Shown here piece by piece: positions 55,807-64,000 of a stretch of 64,000 nt of DNA. The notes under the pieces were generated by a model that was given only the letters and a program-made list of their open reading frames with translations, was not told the origin of the DNA and made no database searches. The position numbers and the translations under genes were made by a program. This DNA is from Pseudomonadota bacterium (GTDB taxonomy: Bacteria; Pseudomonadota; Gammaproteobacteria; Burkholderiales; Gallionellaceae). Within the stretch, counting starts at the first letter, position 1, and the number at the start of each line of letters is the position of its first letter. The stretch lies in NCBI GenBank assembly GCA_049320585.1, contig JBMOQB010000005.1, positions 80,295 to 144,294 of the forward strand, in the 5' to 3' direction.

Positions 55807-56424
55807 ATGAACAACAAGAAAATATTGGCAATAATGAGCGTGCTGGCGTTTTCGGCACCGTTGGCGTCGGTTGCCGATACTGGGTGGTATGCGGGCGCTG
55901 GCGTCGGCAGGACAAACTTCAGCGGCAGTGAATTGGATCTTGAACCTACCAGACTGGCAACTGAAACCTACACTTTGAACAGCCTGGATAAAAGCAGTAC
56001 GGGGTGGAAGCTTTTTGCCGGGAAACAGCTCAATGAGAACTGGGCGGTCGAGCTTGCCTTCACCAAATTGGGGAAATTCTACTTTAACGCAACCATCACC
56101 AGCGCTGGCAATGCTATCGAAACTGGAGAAGCCAAACCTGATTGCTGGAGCCTGTCAGGGGTAGGCACACTTCCTTTGGGTAATAATTTCTCGTTGCTGG
56201 GTAAAGCCGGTATCTGCCACTGGGCAGACCATCCGTTTGCCCAGGAAGCAGGAGTTCCATACATTCTGGAATCCACAGGGGACAGCCTGACCTACGGTGT
56301 CGGCGCCAAGTATGACTTCACCGATAACCTGGGCGTACGGGCCGAGTGGGAGCGTTTCGAAAAGGTGGTACATAATCGAGCCAGCGCGGATCTGCTTTCG
56401 ATCAGTCTCCAGTACGGCTTCTAG
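55807..56424 (+). CDS. Small outer-membrane beta-barrel protein (OmpA-barrel / Opa-like family)
   Basis: The signal peptide ends SVA-DT. GWYAGAGVGRTNF is the first strand, and the protein ends LSISLQYGF. Confidence 0.7.
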   Translation: MNNKKILAIMSVLAFSAPLASVADTGWYAGAGVGRTNFSGSELDLEPTRLATETYTLNSLDKSSTGWKLFAGKQLNENWAVELAFTKLGKFYFNATITSAGNAIETGEAKPDCWSLSGVGTLPLGNNFSLLGKAGICHWADHPFAQEAGVPYILESTGDSLTYGVGAKYDFTDNLGVRAEWERFEKVVHNRASADLLSISLQYGF

Positions 56425-56445
56425 GTGACGAAGAGTTCAGCCATG

Positions 56446-56475
56446 CAGGCCGGGATTTTCCCGGCCTGTTTTCTT
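56446..56475 (+). terminator. Rho-independent terminator
   Basis: CAGGCCGGG-atttt-CCCGGCCTG followed by TTTTCTT. Confidence 0.8.
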
Positions 56476-56622
56476 CGCTACTGCTCAAAGTGACGCAACT
56501 GCCGGCCGCAGAATTTTCATTTTAATTCTGCCTCGTAAGCCGGCATACGGAAGTGCGGGGGGCTGAGATAGAAAGCATCAGCGTTATCCGCTATTGCCGT
56601 GCGAAGCTTGTTACCTGCGGCC

Positions 56623-57186
56623 TTAATGCGCCGGGGATATATTCACGTCCGCAACAGGTTTTCCGGGTTTTTCGGCGATGACGTTGAGACTGATCGCGAC
56701 ATCCTTGAACTTCATGTTGCTGGTGTCATTAAACAGGCCAAACCCCGATACTTTTTTAATATTGATGTACCCGGCCGTTTTAAGAAACACTCTGAGAAAA
56801 TCTTCATTCAACCCGACCACATGATAATCATATTTATCGATATGTCCGCCGAAGATCATTCTCATTACGAAGAAACGTTCATCAATCGTGTATTTGTCTT
56901 TTTTTAGAACAAGGCTTGCCAGGACATCGAGATCGGGAACACTGACATATATTTTTCCGCCCGGCTCCATGACTCTCCACCATTCCTTGAGGGTGGCGAC
57001 CAGTTCATTGTTGTAATCGAAGTGCTCGACTACATGTGAAGCGTAGATTTCAGAAAATGTGCCATCGGCGAATCGGGATAAATCGGTGGCATTGCAGACA
57101 TGATCAACATAAGGGGCAGGGTTTGCATTCAAGACCTCCCACCCGTTTGCCCGCTGCTGGCCGCCTATATGCAGTTTTCTTTTCAT
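56623..57186 (-). CDS. Probable class I SAM-dependent methyltransferase
   Basis: 187 aa. The LHIGGQQRANGWEVLN and FSEIYASHVVEHF motifs resemble the Methyltransf_11 type. Substrate is unknown. Confidence 0.45.
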   Translation of the reverse strand: MKRKLHIGGQQRANGWEVLNANPAPYVDHVCNATDLSRFADGTFSEIYASHVVEHFDYNNELVATLKEWWRVMEPGGKIYVSVPDLDVLASLVLKKDKYTIDERFFVMRMIFGGHIDKYDYHVVGLNEDFLRVFLKTAGYINIKKVSGFGLFNDTSNMKFKDVAISLNVIAEKPGKPVADVNISPAH

Positions 57187-57265
57187 TGAGACACCGTATC
57201 ATCTAATGCCAATAAATCCTGGAATATATCGCCGCCACATCATCTGCAAACCTGCCAGGCCTATT

Positions 57266-57613
57266 TCAAGCCTGAGCCCAGTTTTGCGCTTCGGTGTAAT
57301 CGGTGAACACGCGGATGTCGGCATCAACGAATATCCTCGATAGCCAGGCCTGCCAGGTGATCCACTGGTCGTCGGTAACCACGGCAATCTTGCTGAAATC
57401 GTGATTGTGTTCGCGGCTGAAGAATTTGAGTTCTTCCCAAGCCACATCCAGCGTGTAGCCGACCATTGCGCGCAGGTCGAACAGCAGGTTCACCGTGCCG
57501 GGCGATTTCAGTTTGTAGAGGGATTGTTCTTCGAATGTCTTGAAGTCGGCCAGGGTGAATTCCCCGAGCACGGCTACGTTGACGAGGTTGTCGGTTTGTT
57601 CGATGGTGATCAT
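57266..57613 (-). CDS. STAS/SpoIIAA-like (DUF3478-type) small protein
   Basis: 115 aa. The pattern VAVLGEFTLADFKTFE ... KIAVVTDDQW resembles that family. Confidence 0.45.
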   Translation of the reverse strand: MITIEQTDNLVNVAVLGEFTLADFKTFEEQSLYKLKSPGTVNLLFDLRAMVGYTLDVAWEELKFFSREHNHDFSKIAVVTDDQWITWQAWLSRIFVDADIRVFTDYTEAQNWAQA

Positions 57614-57647
57614 CTAATTTTTCCTTATTATCCTAAAAATTTTGATT

Positions 57648-57741
57648 GTCCACGAAAAACACGAAAAGCACGAAAGGGGTAAGCAGGCTTTACCACAGCA
57701 GCGTATTGGTTTGTTTCGTGACTTTCGTGTTTTTCGTGGAC
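57648..57741. repeat. Long hairpin: 28-bp inverted arms built from three CACGAAA heptads
   Basis: Arm 1 is GTCCACGAAAAACACGAAAAGCACGAAA (57648-75). Arm 2 is TTTCGTGACTTTCGTGTTTTTCGTGGAC (57714-41). They are complementary at 26 of 28 positions, with a 38-nt loop. It lies 18 nt after the DMT gene stop. Confidence 0.85.
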
Positions 57742-57758
57742 AACTGTTTTTCCCAGAT

Positions 57759-58613
57759 TTAGTGCTTTGGACTCAGGCGCAAGCTTAGCACACCGCTGGC
57801 GATGATGAACGCCATGCCCAGCCAGCCGCTCAGCGGCAGCACTTCATCCCACAGCACTATGCCAAACAGGCTGGAGAACACAATGGTGCTGTACGCCAAG
57901 CTGCTGACCACCAGCGTGTTGCCGACCCGGTGGGCGTAGGTCATCGCGATCTGCGCAAGCGTGGCAGTGCAGCCCAGGCCCAACAGTATCGCAAAGCTTT
58001 GCAGGGTGATCGCATGCACCTGATCGAACAGCATCCATATGCCGCTGCCGATGGAGGCGATCAGACTGAAGTAGAACACCACGCGTACTGCCGGTTCGCC
58101 GATGATTCCGAGCTGCTTGACGTTGAGATAGGCAATGCCGGCGAGGAAGCCGGAGATCAGCCCGAGCAGGCCGGGCAGCAGTTGGTCGCGTTCCAGGGTC
58201 GGGTGCAACAGCAGCACCACGCCGCAAAAACCCACCGCGATGGCGATGGTCAGCGGCAGATGGAACTTGTCCTTGTACACCAGCATCGTGAAGACGGTGA
58301 GAAACATCGGCGCGGTGTAGTTGAGCGTGACGGCGGTGGCGAGCGGCAGCACGGTGATGCAGTAGAAGAACAGCGCGAGCGCAACTCCACCGGAAATGCC
58401 GCGCCAGAAGTGGGGGAGCCAGTGCTTTGTGGCAAGGCCGACGCGTTGCCGGCGCATGATGATGCACACCAGCAACATACCCAGGAATGAGCGGTAGAAC
58501 ACCAGCTCGATGTACGTGAAGTAGGGTGCACCGAGCTTGACGAATACACTCATGCAGCCGAACAGCAGACCGGCGACCAGCATCCAGAGGGAGCCGGTGT
58601 TTTTTTGCGTCAT
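57759..58613 (-). CDS. EamA/DMT-superfamily transporter
   Basis: 10 TM segments with two EamA-like halves. The start MTQKNTGSLWML at 58613 is preferred. The track start at 58685 reads through the REP-like element. Confidence 0.8.
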   Translation of the reverse strand: MTQKNTGSLWMLVAGLLFGCMSVFVKLGAPYFTYIELVFYRSFLGMLLVCIIMRRQRVGLATKHWLPHFWRGISGGVALALFFYCITVLPLATAVTLNYTAPMFLTVFTMLVYKDKFHLPLTIAIAVGFCGVVLLLHPTLERDQLLPGLLGLISGFLAGIAYLNVKQLGIIGEPAVRVVFYFSLIASIGSGIWMLFDQVHAITLQSFAILLGLGCTATLAQIAMTYAHRVGNTLVVSSLAYSTIVFSSLFGIVLWDEVLPLSGWLGMAFIIASGVLSLRLSPKH

Positions 58614-58663
58614 GACGGTTGAGGTTTCCGTTTTAATCCCAGATTGTCCATTAACCAAAAACC

Positions 58664-58764
58664 CCTCCCAGCCTCCCCAACCCACCCCAGCCCTCCCTTG
58701 TCAGGGAGGGAGCGGGGGAGGAGCGGGTTCGGTTCTCCCCCTGACAAGGGGGAGCTATAACCAG
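58664..58764. repeat. GC-rich REP-like double palindrome
   Basis: CCCTCCC-ttgtca-GGGAGGG (58701-20) and CTCCCCC-tgacaa-GGGGGAG (58745-64) are near reverse complements of each other. A C-rich tract precedes them. Confidence 0.7.
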
Positions 58765-58871
58765 CGACTTTGCTGTCGTTTTGTGACAGCTTAGTCGAAT
58801 GGCTAGTTGTTCCATCAGAGGGGGTTTAGGGCACATCCGCCTAATGGAAAACAAGCGGCGGGAATGCAATT

Positions 58872-59969
58872 TTAGATATGCGAAGCAAGGTTGCGGCGCA
58901 GGTATTCGTGGAAATGCAGCATGCCGTCTTCGGTGGGCGACTGGTACGGGCCTTGCTCCTCGATGCCGCGCTGGTACAGCGACTTGCGTCCCTGGTTCAT
59001 GCGCAGGCAGATGATGTCGTCCTCGATGGCCGTTTCGTTATATGCTTTTTGTTCCGCTTCCACGTAATCGCGCTCGAACAGCACAATATCCTCGAGGTAA
59101 TAGAACTCAACGATGTTGGTGCAGGCTTCCGGGCCGCGCGGCACGAGGGTGCTGACGACCAAAGTGCCCGGATACCACTCGACCATGATGTTCGGGTAGT
59201 AGGTCAACCAGATCGCACCGTATTTCGGCAATTTGTCGCCGTAATAGCTCAGCACCTGTTCATGCCACTTGCCGTATGCCTCGCTGCCGACTTTGCGCAG
59301 CCGGTTACGGATGCCGACGGTCTGCACGCTGTACTGTTCGCCGAATTCCCACTTGAGGTCGTCGCAATCCACGAAATTGCCCAAGCCGGGATGGAATGGC
59401 ACGACATGGTAGTCCTCCAGATACACCTCGATGAAGGTCTTCCAGTTGAACGCGTATTCGTCCACCTGCACGCGATCCAGCATGTAGCCGGAAAAATCGA
59501 TCACCTGCATCACGCCGACATTGGCCAAGTCTGTTGCGACATCGCGCGATCCCGAGAACAGCAGGCCGTTCCAGTTTTGCAGCGGCGATTTGTTCAGGTG
59601 CAGGCACGGGTTCTGCGGGAAGTGCGGCGCGCCAAGCAATTTGCCATCGGTCTGATAGGTCCAGCGGTGGATCGGGCAGACGATGTGCAGCGCATTGCCG
59701 CGACCTTGCAGCATGGTGGCCTGGCGATGACGGCAGATGTTGCTGAGCAGCTCCACGCCATTCTGGTTGCGCACCAGCATTTGCGCATCTCCATCCAGCA
59801 CATGGTAGTCGCCCGGATTGGGCACCATCAGTTCATGGCCGGCGTAGTTCGGGCCTTGCTCGAACAGCAGGTGTTGTTCGGTTTCCAGCACCTTTGGGTC
59901 GAAATACCAGCTTAACGGTGGTTGCTTTGGAACGGTAATGAGGTGATCCAGTTTTGCAATTTCAGACAT
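58872..59969 (-). CDS. Rieske [2Fe-2S] non-haem iron oxygenase, alpha-subunit-like
   Basis: Rieske motif CRHRQATMLQGRGNALHIVCPIHRW, with a C-terminal catalytic domain. ATG 59969 is preferred over TTG 60035. Confidence 0.75.
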   Translation of the reverse strand: MSEIAKLDHLITVPKQPPLSWYFDPKVLETEQHLLFEQGPNYAGHELMVPNPGDYHVLDGDAQMLVRNQNGVELLSNICRHRQATMLQGRGNALHIVCPIHRWTYQTDGKLLGAPHFPQNPCLHLNKSPLQNWNGLLFSGSRDVATDLANVGVMQVIDFSGYMLDRVQVDEYAFNWKTFIEVYLEDYHVVPFHPGLGNFVDCDDLKWEFGEQYSVQTVGIRNRLRKVGSEAYGKWHEQVLSYYGDKLPKYGAIWLTYYPNIMVEWYPGTLVVSTLVPRGPEACTNIVEFYYLEDIVLFERDYVEAEQKAYNETAIEDDIICLRMNQGRKSLYQRGIEEQGPYQSPTEDGMLHFHEYLRRNLASHI

Positions 59970-60111
59970 ACCCACATCCCTTTCAAGAAAGGTGAATACG
60001 ATTTCATAGGGGGTGGGATTGTCCCTGAAATTCAAGGGTAGGGCAATAATAATTGGCTCAGACGGGGTGGGTTGGGTAAAATGGCGGTCTTTCTAAAAAT
60101 TAGGGGCTGTT

Positions 60112-60369
60112 ATGTCCGGCCAAATTAAAAAGACAGGGGCGCAAAAAGCTGTTGGTTTCGAGACGGCAATGGCCGAACTCGAAAAAATCGTCGCCGACAT
60201 GGAGGCGGGCAAGCTGTCGCTGGAAGATTCGCTGACTGCCTATAAACGCGGCGCGGAATTACTGTCATTCTGCCGTGCCAGGCTCGAAGACGCGCAGCAG
60301 CAAGTGCGCGTGCTGGAGGACGGCGTGCTGAAGGATTTTTCCGCTAGCGGAGAGCCCGATAAAAATTGA
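60112..60369 (+). CDS. xseB: Exodeoxyribonuclease VII small subunit
   Basis: 85 aa with the motif FETAMAELEKIVADMEAGKLSLEDSLTAYKRG. Confidence 0.9.
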   Translation: MSGQIKKTGAQKAVGFETAMAELEKIVADMEAGKLSLEDSLTAYKRGAELLSFCRARLEDAQQQVRVLEDGVLKDFSASGEPDKN

Positions 60370-61292
60370 CCCGGGAAGAATTGATGGCCGCTGATTTTCA
60401 GAGCTGGGTCGCCTTGCAGCAATCGCGCTTCGAGGATTTGTTGAAGGAGTTATTGCCGCGTCCCGATGTTGCCCCGCAGCGGCTGCACGATGCGATGCGT
60501 TACGCAGTGCTGGACGGTGGCAAGCGTGTGCGCCCTTTGCTGGCATTTGCCGCGGGCGAATTGACGGGCGCGGATGTGGCCAGAGTGAGTGTCGCTGCCG
60601 CTGCCGTCGAGCTCATTCATGCCTATTCCCTGGTGCATGACGATATGCCATGCATGGACGATGACGTGTTGCGCCGGGGCAAGCCGACTTGTCATGTGCA
60701 ATATGACGAGGCGACGGCGTTGCTGGTCGGCGACAGTCTGCAATCGCTGGCGTTCCAACTGCTCGCGGAACATCCTTTGAGTGATGATGCAACTCGCCAA
60801 CTGGAAATGATCAGGCTGCTGGCGGCGGCGTCCGGTTCACGCGGCATGGCGGGCGGCCAGGCGGTCGATCTTGCCAGTGTGGGCAAAGCGCTCACGCTTC
60901 CCGAACTGGAGTTCATGCACATCCGCAAGACCGGCGCGCTGATCCGTGCGGCGATCCTGCTCGGTGCGCAATGTCGGTCAAATAAGTGCGGCAATCAACT
61001 TGATGCCGCCCAGATAGACAGGCTGGATCATTTCGGCAAGCTGGTCGGTCTTGCCTTTCAGGTGGTGGACGATGTGCTGGACTGCGAAGCCGATACCGCC
61101 ACGCTGGGCAAGACCGCGGGCAAGGATGCGGACAATGACAAGCCGACTTATGTCAGCCTGCTGGGCATGCATGGTGCGCGCAATATGGCGCAGCAACTGC
61201 ATCGCGAGGCATTGGAAACTTTGGCAGAGTTCGGCGATGCGGCAAGGCGTTTGAGGGAGTTGGCTGATTTTATCGTTCTGCGAAAGTTCTGA
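60366..61292 (+). CDS. ispA: Farnesyl diphosphate synthase
   Basis: FARM motif [12 protein letters not shown] and SARM motif QVVDDVLD are present. The start is TTG 60366 or ATG 60384. Confidence 0.9.
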   Translation: MTREELMAADFQSWVALQQSRFEDLLKELLPRPDVAPQRLHDAMRYAVLDGGKRVRPLLAFAAGELTGADVARVSVAAAAVELIHAYSLVHDDMPCMDDDVLRRGKPTCHVQYDEATALLVGDSLQSLAFQLLAEHPLSDDATRQLEMIRLLAAASGSRGMAGGQAVDLASVGKALTLPELEFMHIRKTGALIRAAILLGAQCRSNKCGNQLDAAQIDRLDHFGKLVGLAFQVVDDVLDCEADTATLGKTAGKDADNDKPTYVSLLGMHGARNMAQQLHREALETLAEFGDAARRLRELADFIVLRKF

Positions 61293-63160
61293 TGTATTCC
61301 CTACTTGATACCATCAATACCCCCGGCGATCTGCGTCAGCTTGATCGCGCGAAATTGCCCGAGTTGGCAAAGGAGTTGCGCGAGTTTTTGATCGAGTCGG
61401 TCAGCAAGACCGGCGGACATTTGTCTTCCAACCTCGGCACCATAGAGCTGACCATAGCGCTGCATTACGTCTATGACACACCTGAAGACCGGCTGGTCTG
61501 GGATGTGGGGCACCAGACCTATGCGCACAAGATCCTTACCGGGCGGCGTGAGGGCATGAGCAGACTGCGCATGGCGGGCGGCCTAGCCGGTTTTCCCAAG
61601 CGCGATGAAAGCCCTTACGACACATTCGGCACCGGCCATTCCAGCACCTCGATCAGCGCCGCGCTGGGCATGGCGGTGGCCGCAAAGTTGCAAGGCTCCG
61701 AACGGCGTGTAGTGGCGGTCATCGGTGATGGCGCGATGACCGGCGGCATGGCCTTCGAAGCGCTCAATAATGCCGGTGCGATGGATGCGAACCTGCTGGT
61801 CATCCTCAACGACAACGATATGTCCATTTCGCATCCGGTCGGCGCACTGAACAATTATCTGGCCAAGCTGATATCCGGGAGCTTTTATGCAGCGATGCGG
61901 CGGGGCAGCGAGAAGGTGCTCAAGGTCATGCCGCCGGTGCTCGAGTTTGCCAAACGCGCCGAAGAGCATTTCAAGGGCATGGTAGTGCCGGGAACATTAT
62001 TCGAGGAATTCGGTTTCAACTACATCGGGCCTATCGATGGGCACGACACGGATGTGTTGCTGGATACCTTGGGCAACCTCCGCAAACTGACTGGTCCGCA
62101 GTTCCTGCATATCGTCACGCAAAAGGGCAAAGGCTATGCGTTGGCCGAAGAGGATTGCCTGCTGTATCACGGTGTCAGCAAATTCGACCGGACCAGCGGC
62201 ATCATTCCCAAACCAACACCGGTCAATGCCGGGGGGCAGGCGCCCAGGCTTAGCTATACCCAGGTGTTCGGGCAGTGGCTGTGCGACATGGCCGGACAGG
62301 ACGAACGGCTGGTGGGCATCACGCCGGCGATGTGCGAGGGCTCCGGGCTGACCGAATTCTCGCAATCCTATCCTGAGCGCTACTTCGATGTCGGCATCGC
62401 AGAACAGCATGCCCTGACGTTTGCCGCGGGACTGGCCTGTGACGGCTACAAGCCGGTGGTCGCGATTTATTCGACCTTCCTGCAGCGCGCCTATGACCAG
62501 TTGATCCACGATATCGCGATACAGAATCTGCCGGTGATGTTGGCTATCGACCGCGGCGGGCTGGTCGGCGCGGACGGCGCCACGCACGCGGGCAGCTTCG
62601 ATCTTTCCTACTTGCGCTGCATCCCGAACATGACGGTGATGGCTCCGGCCGACGAGAACGAATGCCGCCAGATGCTGTATACCGCCTACCAGTTGAATAC
62701 GCCGGCTGCGGTGCGCTATCCGCGCGGCACCGGACCCGGCGTAGCGACCAACCCCGAGATGCGCGCTCTGGCGATCGGCAAGGGCGAGTTGCGGCGCGCG
62801 GGCAAGCGTGTCGCCATCCTGTCGTTCGGCGTCATGCTGGCACCCGCGCTTGCGGCTGCGGAACGCCTTGATGCAACGGTAGTGAACATGCGCTTCGTCA
62901 AGCCGCTGGATGAGGAATTGGTGCTGCGCCTGGCACGCGAGCATGAGCTGCTGGTGACAGTCGAAGAAAACACCGTGCAGGGCGGAGCCGGCAGTGCGGT
63001 GGCGGAATGTCTGCTGCAGCATGGAATCGCTGTCCCGCTGCTGCAACTCGGTTTGCCGGATCACTTCATCGAGCAGGGCGAGCATGCGCAGTTGCTGGCG
63101 GGTTGCGGCCTGGATGCTAACGGATTGTTCGTCAGCATCAAGCGAAAATTGACCGACTGA
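61292..63160 (+). CDS. dxs: 1-deoxy-D-xylulose-5-phosphate synthase
   Basis: 622 aa with motifs [14 protein letters not shown] and [15 protein letters not shown]. Confidence 0.97.
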   Translation: MYSLLDTINTPGDLRQLDRAKLPELAKELREFLIESVSKTGGHLSSNLGTIELTIALHYVYDTPEDRLVWDVGHQTYAHKILTGRREGMSRLRMAGGLAGFPKRDESPYDTFGTGHSSTSISAALGMAVAAKLQGSERRVVAVIGDGAMTGGMAFEALNNAGAMDANLLVILNDNDMSISHPVGALNNYLAKLISGSFYAAMRRGSEKVLKVMPPVLEFAKRAEEHFKGMVVPGTLFEEFGFNYIGPIDGHDTDVLLDTLGNLRKLTGPQFLHIVTQKGKGYALAEEDCLLYHGVSKFDRTSGIIPKPTPVNAGGQAPRLSYTQVFGQWLCDMAGQDERLVGITPAMCEGSGLTEFSQSYPERYFDVGIAEQHALTFAAGLACDGYKPVVAIYSTFLQRAYDQLIHDIAIQNLPVMLAIDRGGLVGADGATHAGSFDLSYLRCIPNMTVMAPADENECRQMLYTAYQLNTPAAVRYPRGTGPGVATNPEMRALAIGKGELRRAGKRVAILSFGVMLAPALAAAERLDATVVNMRFVKPLDEELVLRLAREHELLVTVEENTVQGGAGSAVAECLLQHGIAVPLLQLGLPDHFIEQGEHAQLLAGCGLDANGLFVSIKRKLTD

Positions 63161-63215
63161 ATTTGTCGGGATTGGGTATAATACGGCGTTCTTGCAACTC
63201 GACAGGACATATACC

Positions 63216-64000
63216 ATGAATTCTCCCGCTCCTCATCATATCGCCGACGTGCAAAGCTCCGCCGATACACGCCACCTGGCGATCAACCGTGTCGGCATCA
63301 AAGGGATACGCCACCCGGTCAGGGTCAAGGACAAGAGTGTCGGTGTGCAGCACACGATTGCCACTTTCAACATGTATGTGCATCTGCCGCACAACTTCAA
63401 GGGCACGCACATGTCGCGCTTTGTCGAGATACTCAACCAGCATGAGCGCGAGATTTCCGTGGAATCGTTCGACAACATGCTGCACGACATGGTGGCGCGT
63501 CTGGAAGCCAAATCCGGTTTTATCGAGATGAATTTCCCGTATTTCGTGAACAAAACTGCCCCGGTGTCCGGTGTGCAAAGCCTGCTCGATTACGATGTGA
63601 CCTTCATCGGGGAGATCGTCAATGGGAAGTCGCATTTCACGATGAAAGTGCAGGTTCCGGTGACCAGTCTGTGCCCGTGTTCCAAAAAGATTTCCGAGCG
63701 CGGCGCGCACAACCAGCGTTCCCACGTCACGCTCACTTTGCGCACCAACAGTTTCGTCTGGGTCGAAGATGTGGTGCGTATCGCCGAAGAGCAGGCCTCG
63801 TGCGAGCTTTATGGTCTGCTGAAGCGTCCCGACGAAAAATTCGTCACCGAACATGCCTATGACAACCCGAAATTCGTCGAGGACATGGTGCGCGATGTGG
63901 CTGCGGTGTTGAATGCCGATGAGCGTATCGACGCGTACATCGTCGAGTCGGAAAACTTCGAGTCCATCCATAATCATTCGGCCTATGCGCTGATCGAAAG
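63216..64000 (+). CDS. folE2: GTP cyclohydrolase FolE2 (type IB), 3' end off window
   Basis: The frame is open from ATG 63216 to the window end and is not in the track. Motifs [25 protein letters not shown] and [21 protein letters not shown] are present. Confidence 0.9.
   Translation, partial: MNSPAPHHIADVQSSADTRHLAINRVGIKGIRHPVRVKDKSVGVQHTIATFNMYVHLPHNFKGTHMSRFVEILNQHEREISVESFDNMLHDMVARLEAKSGFIEMNFPYFVNKTAPVSGVQSLLDYDVTFIGEIVNGKSHFTMKVQVPVTSLCPCSKKISERGAHNQRSHVTLTLRTNSFVWVEDVVRIAEEQASCELYGLLKRPDEKFVTEHAYDNPKFVEDMVRDVAAVLNADERIDAYIVESENFESIHNHSAYALIE

Noticed and set aside
55577-55810. 77-aa ORF in the 500-bp spacer before the small outer-membrane protein gene.
   Set aside because: It has no RBS, an odd composition and no recognisable motif. 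It also lies downstream of a strong terminator. It is probably non-coding.
57648-57741. MITE interpretation of the 28-bp-arm hairpin.
   Set aside because: The flanks (GATT on the left, AACT on the right) show no target-site duplication, and there is no second copy in the window. I report it only as a hairpin repeat.

Overview
The window is mostly core genome from a moderately GC-rich Gram-negative bacterium. Gene order and protein families look betaproteobacterial, but that is inference only. About 75 features are supported.

Housekeeping blocks:
- pepA, divergent from lptFG
- ilvIHC-psd-pssA-leuA
- proS / rppH
- dut-coaBC, divergent from radC
- purB-mnmA-nudix
- tRNA-Leu(CAA)
- queA-tgt-yajC-secDF-dedA
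- rpmBG
- xseB-ispA-dxs-folE2

Phosphorus and arsenic theme:
- psiF and pstSCAB, with a clear Pho box
- a divergent arsR-arsC-acr3 operon
- olsA/olsB-like ornithine-lipid genes
- a Zn-phospholipase C / glycosyltransferase / PAP2 / dgkA cluster, preceded by four phased Pho-box-like heptamers
- a secreted PhoX/DUF839-like protein

The most unusual locus is an apparently AT-richer three-gene insert between radC and purB (23196..27120). It encodes a lipoprotein with an IgGFc-binding-like beta-helix domain and an acidic His-rich tail. It also encodes a 492-aa TPR plus beta-barrel protein with Slam/DUF560 (type XI secretion)-like architecture, and a secreted FecR-domain protein. I read this trio as a candidate uncharacterised surface-lipoprotein export or signalling module.

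Other observations:
- a Leu-rich leader peptide upstream of leuA
- an ECF sigma gene that seems to need a CTG start
- a 28-bp-arm hairpin built from CACGAAA heptads
- a GC-rich REP-like double palindrome
- a short acidic His-rich C-terminal motif shared by two secreted proteins

I saw no CRISPR array, IS element, prophage or rRNA. Many long antisense ORFs in the track are GC-driven artefacts.
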